In this document: piece by piece, positions 32,477-36,361 of the stretch
Layout: every line of letters starts with the position of its first letter
Position numbering within the stretch: the stretch's first letter is position 1
Origin: Betaproteobacteria bacterium
GTDB taxonomy: Bacteria > Pseudomonadota > Gammaproteobacteria > Burkholderiales > Burkholderiaceae_C
Direction: 5' to 3'
Assembly (NCBI GenBank): GCA_005882155.1
Contig: VBCQ01000252.1
Location: 1-36,361, forward strand
DNA: 36,361 nucleotides
Notes under the pieces: model-generated
Database searches by the model: none
The model's input: the letters and a program-made list of their open reading frames with translations, nothing else
Told to the model about the DNA's origin: nothing
Program-made: the position numbers and the translations under genes

Positions 32477-32968
32477 TCACGGGCTCACCGATACGCGGCC
32501 GGTGAGCGCAGCCACCGTGACGGTGTAGGTGGCGTTGTTGCTGCCGGTCTGGTAGCTCAGCGTGAAGCTGGCGTCCGAGGTGAGCGCGGTGCCGGCGTTC
32601 TTCACCGGCTGGCCCAGGCTGTTGAAATAGATGGTACCGGCGCTGCCGACCACGGCACCTTGACTGACAGTGAGGCTGGTGTCGGTGGAGCATGGCGCAC
32701 TGGCGATACAAGCGACGGCCACGCGTCCGTTAGCGCCGCTGGTGGCCACGCTCACGCTCATGCGCTGTCCACGGACGACCGCAAGGCTCTGCGCGCGTCG
32801 GATCACATCGGCAACCGACTGTGCCTGAGCTGGCAATGTCATCGTGGCGGGGGTCTGCAACTTCATCGTCGCGAACGTGGCGAGCACACCCAGCAGCACG
32901 ATGGCGAAGATCACCTCCGGCAAGGTGAAGCCGGCAGCCGTTCGCCTGGATCCGCTGGATGTACGCAT
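32477..32968 (-). CDS. Type IV minor pilin (MshC/FimT-like)
   Basis: AAG|FTLPEVIFAIVLLGVLA, IRRAQSLAV, IYFNSLGQP, C-terminal TGRV. Confidence 0.85.
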   Translation of the reverse strand: MRTSSGSRRTAAGFTLPEVIFAIVLLGVLATFATMKLQTPATMTLPAQAQSVADVIRRAQSLAVVRGQRMSVSVATSGANGRVAVACIASAPCSTDTSLTVSQGAVVGSAGTIYFNSLGQPVKNAGTALTSDASFTLSYQTGSNNATYTVTVAALTGRVSVSP

Positions 32969-33010
32969 GGTCCACCAGATCCGACGCACTGCCGCCAGCC
33001 GTTCAATTCA

Positions 33011-33439
33011 TCATGAGCCGTAGGCGTTGAAGGGTACGTTGATACTGCCCTTCGTGATCGAGCAGCCCGCCGTCGCCGATCCAGTCGCGGGCAGCGCGGC
33101 TGCACCGCCGGTGACCGTGTAGCCAGCCGGGATATCGGCAAGCTGAGTCCGGTACGTGTTCAGGGCATCGCAGTCGACGATCGGAGCAACGCAACCAGCC
33201 GGAGTGTTCAATGCGGTGCAAATCGTCGGGTTCGGCACTTTCGACCGGCCGTAGTTCACCGAGGTGCCGGAGGCAAGCGCGGCGGCGACACCGGCGCCCA
33301 CGCCCTTTTCAGCATCGTTGGACAAATCGAGGAACTTCGGAATAGCCACTGCTGCCAATACGCCAATGATCACGATCGTGATGATCAATTCAATCAGCGT
33401 GAAGCCCTTCTGGCCCAATTTCGCAATCTTCGTATTCAT
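33011..33439 (-). CDS. mshA: Major pilin, MshA-like
   Basis: QKG|FTLIELIITIVIIGVLAAVAIPKFLDLSNDA (MshA-type PKFxDL); first gene of the arm, AGGAG RBS; alternative TTG start at 33445. Confidence 0.85.
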   Translation of the reverse strand: MNTKIAKLGQKGFTLIELIITIVIIGVLAAVAIPKFLDLSNDAEKGVGAGVAAALASGTSVNYGRSKVPNPTICTALNTPAGCVAPIVDCDALNTYRTQLADIPAGYTVTGGAAALPATGSATAGCSITKGSINVPFNAYGS

Positions 33440-33700
33440 GTTCAATTAGCTCCTAATGTGAAAGGTTGATGTCGGACGAAACGTCGTGCCTTGGGTCACT
33501 CGTCCGCTGCCGTTCCCTGGCCGGGATCGCAACGAAAGGACGGTTCGCCCTCCGCGAAGCGAAGACTAACGACGTGTTTTCACTTACTCATCCTCCATTT
33601 AAGGGGTGAGCATTCATTCGTGGGGGAGAGCCGGTAATTTTTGGCATTCGGCGACTAAGTACCTCTTCCAATGTGGGTTCCACCTATAGAGTCGCTGCCG

Positions 33701-34648
33701 ATGGAGATCGGGATCAACACCAAGGGATGGACCAGCGTCGACAGCGACGGTGCGTCGCTGTGCGCGGTCAGCTTGAAGACGGACGTTCGCACCGGCGATC
33801 GGCCGCAAGTGCTGGCTGCCGCTGAAGAGACGCGCCAGGAATCCGAGGCCGAAGGGGCTGCGCTGCGTGCCTTGATGGGCCGCGTCGATCGCAGCTTGCC
33901 GGTGCTGATGACGCTGCCGCGCACGCAGTACAAGTTGCGCGTCATGCCCGAGCCGGCGGTGCCGCAACGCGAGATGCTGTCGAGCTTGCGCTGGTCGCTC
34001 GGCATGGAAAGCGATGCCGTGCCCGAAGACTTCAACATCGCATGGATGCGCATTCCCACCGAGGAGCAGTTGCCCTCGCGACCCAAGCAGCTCTATGCCG
34101 TGACGACGCCGACGACGTGGTTGACGTCACAGCTTGCGTCATGGCGGCAGGCCGGCGTGAAGCCCAAGGTGGTCGACATCCGCGAGACCGCGCTGCGCAA
34201 CATTGCCGGTGCGCTCGAGCGGCCCGGCGAAGCGCTCGCGCTCGTCAGCGCGGACGCTGACGGCATCGGCATGGTGTTCACGCATCAAGGCTCGCTGTAC
34301 CTCGACCGCTACATCGATCAACCGATGGCCGCGCTCGGCGCAGCGGATGCCGCGAACCGGGTGCGTGTGTACGAGCGCATTGCAGTTCAACTGCTGCGCT
34401 CGATCGACGTCATCGGCCGCAACTTGCCGTTCATGCCGATCAGCCGTGTCGTCGTCGCGACTGCACCCGAAGCGCCGGGCTTGCATGAATTTCTCGCGAC
34501 GCAATTGGCCATTCCGGTGGAAGCGCTGGACCTGAATCAGGTGTTCGATCTGACGCGGGTGCCTGCGCTCGCGCAGTCGCTTGCACTGCAAGCACGCTGC
34601 CTGGTTCCGCTCGGTGCGGCGCTGCGCAGCGCCAAGGTGGCCGCATGA
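33701..34648 (+). CDS. MshI/PilM-like pilus alignment-complex protein
   Basis: YKLRVMPEPAVPQREMLSSLRW, VVDIRETALRNI, LYLDRYI, ERIAVQLLRSID pattern typical of MshI. Start is 33701 or 33671. Confidence 0.75.
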   Translation: MEIGINTKGWTSVDSDGASLCAVSLKTDVRTGDRPQVLAAAEETRQESEAEGAALRALMGRVDRSLPVLMTLPRTQYKLRVMPEPAVPQREMLSSLRWSLGMESDAVPEDFNIAWMRIPTEEQLPSRPKQLYAVTTPTTWLTSQLASWRQAGVKPKVVDIRETALRNIAGALERPGEALALVSADADGIGMVFTHQGSLYLDRYIDQPMAALGAADAANRVRVYERIAVQLLRSIDVIGRNLPFMPISRVVVATAPEAPGLHEFLATQLAIPVEALDLNQVFDLTRVPALAQSLALQARCLVPLGAALRSAKVAA

Positions 34649-35253
34649 GAGCGCCGGTCACGCACATCAACCTGCTGCAGCGCACGGCGCCCATGCACAC
34701 GACGGCGTGGGCACTGGCGGCCTTGCTCGCCGTGACGCTGATCGGGATGCTTTACTACGGCAGCCAGGTGCGCTCGCTCGCGCAGCAAGCCACACAGCGG
34801 CGCGACGATGCGGCGCAGCAGCTGAAGCAGATTCAGGCGCGCATGGCCGCACTGACCGACGAGCAGGCGAAGAACGCCGACGCCATCGCCTTGCGCAAGG
34901 AGATCGATGCGCTGCAGCCGCAGGTTCAAGCGGCCCAGGCCTTGATCGACACGCTCGGCAGCGAGGGCGGGCGCACCGACGAGTTCTCTCGTGCATTGGC
35001 GGCGATGACCGGCGTGAGCGAGCCCGGCTTGTGGTTGACCACCCTCACCGTCAGCGCCGGCGGCAAGAAGCTCGAGCTGCAGGGCGAGGCGCGCAGCGGC
35101 GCCGCGGTGCTGCGCTTCGCGCGCCGCGCCAACGAGTCGCTGCAGCCGCTCACGCTGCGCATGGACAGCCTCGAGATGCAGCCGGCAGCCGGCGCAGCGG
35201 CGGCGCCAGGTCTAGCCGCAGCGGCCGGCGCGGTGTCGTTCCGTCTCTACTGA
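34645..35253 (+). CDS. PilN-like (MshI2) membrane protein
   Basis: HINLL motif, one TM helix, coiled coil, GLWLTTL...LELQGEA; ATGA overlap with the upstream gene. Confidence 0.75.
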   Translation: MRAPVTHINLLQRTAPMHTTAWALAALLAVTLIGMLYYGSQVRSLAQQATQRRDDAAQQLKQIQARMAALTDEQAKNADAIALRKEIDALQPQVQAAQALIDTLGSEGGRTDEFSRALAAMTGVSEPGLWLTTLTVSAGGKKLELQGEARSGAAVLRFARRANESLQPLTLRMDSLEMQPAAGAAAAPGLAAAAGAVSFRLY

Positions 35254-35262
35254 GCGACCATC

Positions 35263-35973
35263 ATGCAAGCCAAAATTCTTCAGCTCCTTAATCGGCTCGA
35301 AGCGCTGTCGCTGCGCGAGCGGCTCATGGTGGTCGTGGGCATTCCGCTGGTGCTGGCGGTGGCTGGCGAGCTGCTCGTGTTCTCGCCGTCGCGCAATCAA
35401 GCGGCAGAGGCGGTGAAGCAGGCCGATCGGCTGGAAAACGATGTCAAGGCGCTCAGCACCGCGCTCGCCGCGCAACCCGCCGTGGCGCCTTTGCCGGGCG
35501 CCGATCAACTGCTGCGGCAGCGCAATGAGCTGCAAGCGCAAATCGATGCGGGCCGCGCGATCATGGTGTCGGTCAATCAGGCGGTCGACTGGGGCACCGT
35601 GGTGCGCGCCACCGTTGCCGGAACGCCGGGGCTCACGCTGACGCAGCTCAAGACGATGCCCGCGGACGTGGTGTTCTCGCCGTCGATGGTGAAGGCCGCA
35701 TCAGCCCCGGCGGCCGGCCGCGGCGCATCGGCCGCGCCGCTAGCCACTGCGGCGAAGGCGAGCGGCAGTGGCGACACGATCTACCGGCACCGCGCCGAGA
35801 TGACGATCACGGGCAACTTCGGCACCTTGCTCGGCTACCTGCAGACCTTGCGGCGCGTGCCGGGCGACCTGCACTGGAACCGCCTTCAGCTCAGCGTGGC
35901 CGCCTACCCTTCGGCCACTGCGCAGCTCACGCTGTACACGCTGAGCACTCGCGCAGAGACGCCCTTCAACTGA
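35263..35973 (+). CDS. MshJ/PilO/GspM-like protein
   Basis: ALSLRERLMV plus TM helix; IYRH..MTITGNFGTLLGYLQTL, LHW..L, LTLYTLS pattern of MshJ. Confidence 0.78.
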   Translation: MQAKILQLLNRLEALSLRERLMVVVGIPLVLAVAGELLVFSPSRNQAAEAVKQADRLENDVKALSTALAAQPAVAPLPGADQLLRQRNELQAQIDAGRAIMVSVNQAVDWGTVVRATVAGTPGLTLTQLKTMPADVVFSPSMVKAASAPAAGRGASAAPLATAAKASGSGDTIYRHRAEMTITGNFGTLLGYLQTLRRVPGDLHWNRLQLSVAAYPSATAQLTLYTLSTRAETPFN

Positions 35974-35990
35974 TCACGCAGAGGCATCGA

Positions 35991-36361
35991 ATGGAACAAG
36001 CAACAACAAACGATGACCGGCGCGAAGCGCATCACGCTCGTCGCGCTGCTGCAGCACGCTTGCGCGCAGCGGTGGCGCTGTCGCTCGCGAGCCTGGGCAG
36101 CGCGTGCCTGGGAGCCGATTCGATGAGCGGCCTGGGATCGGCGTTTCGGCCGCAAGGCGGCGGCGATGCGCCGGTCGCGGCCAGCGGCGATCGTGGGGGT
36201 GCCAACCTGTCGGGCCTGCGTGTGATCGTGTCGCGCACGTCGCGCTCAGTGGCATCGATCGACGGACAGATCGTGCACGTGGGCGACACCGTCAACGGCA
36301 TGCGCGTGACGCAGATCAACTCGCAAGGCGTCGTGCTCGTCGGCGAAGGCGGCGTGCAGGA
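35991..36361 (+). CDS. MshK-like protein (3' end runs off the window)
   Basis: Manual translation from ATG 35991 (GAGG RBS), open to the end: hydrophobic AAVALSLASLG, then VASIDGQIVHVGDTVNGMRVTQINSQGVVL; follows the mshJ-like gene. Confidence 0.7.
   Translation, partial: MEQATTNDDRREAHHARRAAAARLRAAVALSLASLGSACLGADSMSGLGSAFRPQGGGDAPVAASGDRGGANLSGLRVIVSRTSRSVASIDGQIVHVGDTVNGMRVTQINSQGVVLVGEGGVQ

Noticed and set aside
33446-33700. Possible c-di-GMP riboswitch or sigma-54 promoter upstream of the major pilin
   Set aside because: No GEMM core (GGCAAA...GAAA...GACGCAAA) and no correctly spaced TGGCAC-N5-TTGC found on either strand.

Overview
GC-rich betaproteobacterial (Burkholderiales-like; inferred from gene order and repeat types) chromosomal segment. 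Bases 1-26.3 kb are mostly housekeeping: nadB (partial), an unannotated 429-aa protein, clpB, crcB-DUF190, alaA-hom-thrC-mobB-moeA-moaD-moaE, Mth938-like, bcp, PIN-PhoH, acuI-prpE, moaA-mobA-moeA, an orphan prolyl-carrier-protein-type acyl-CoA dehydrogenase, and ppsA/ppsR. Bases 26.3-36.4 kb hold an MSHA-like type IV pilus locus split into two divergent arms. Best leads: (1) the 1398-2687 protein reads as a degenerate MglA/Ras-like G domain fused to a Roadblock/MglB domain; (2) a 684-aa MshP/PilX-type minor pilin carries internal repeats resembling phage structural modules; (3) a probably leaderless 12-codon uORF overlaps an intrinsic terminator ahead of the PIN-PhoH gene; (4) a remnant of a proline adenylation/dehydrogenase cassette. 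Several conserved genes (clpB, alaA, ppsA, ppsR, mshE) carry short deletions, so local assembly quality is suspect. All family assignments are from motif recognition; no database searches were run.
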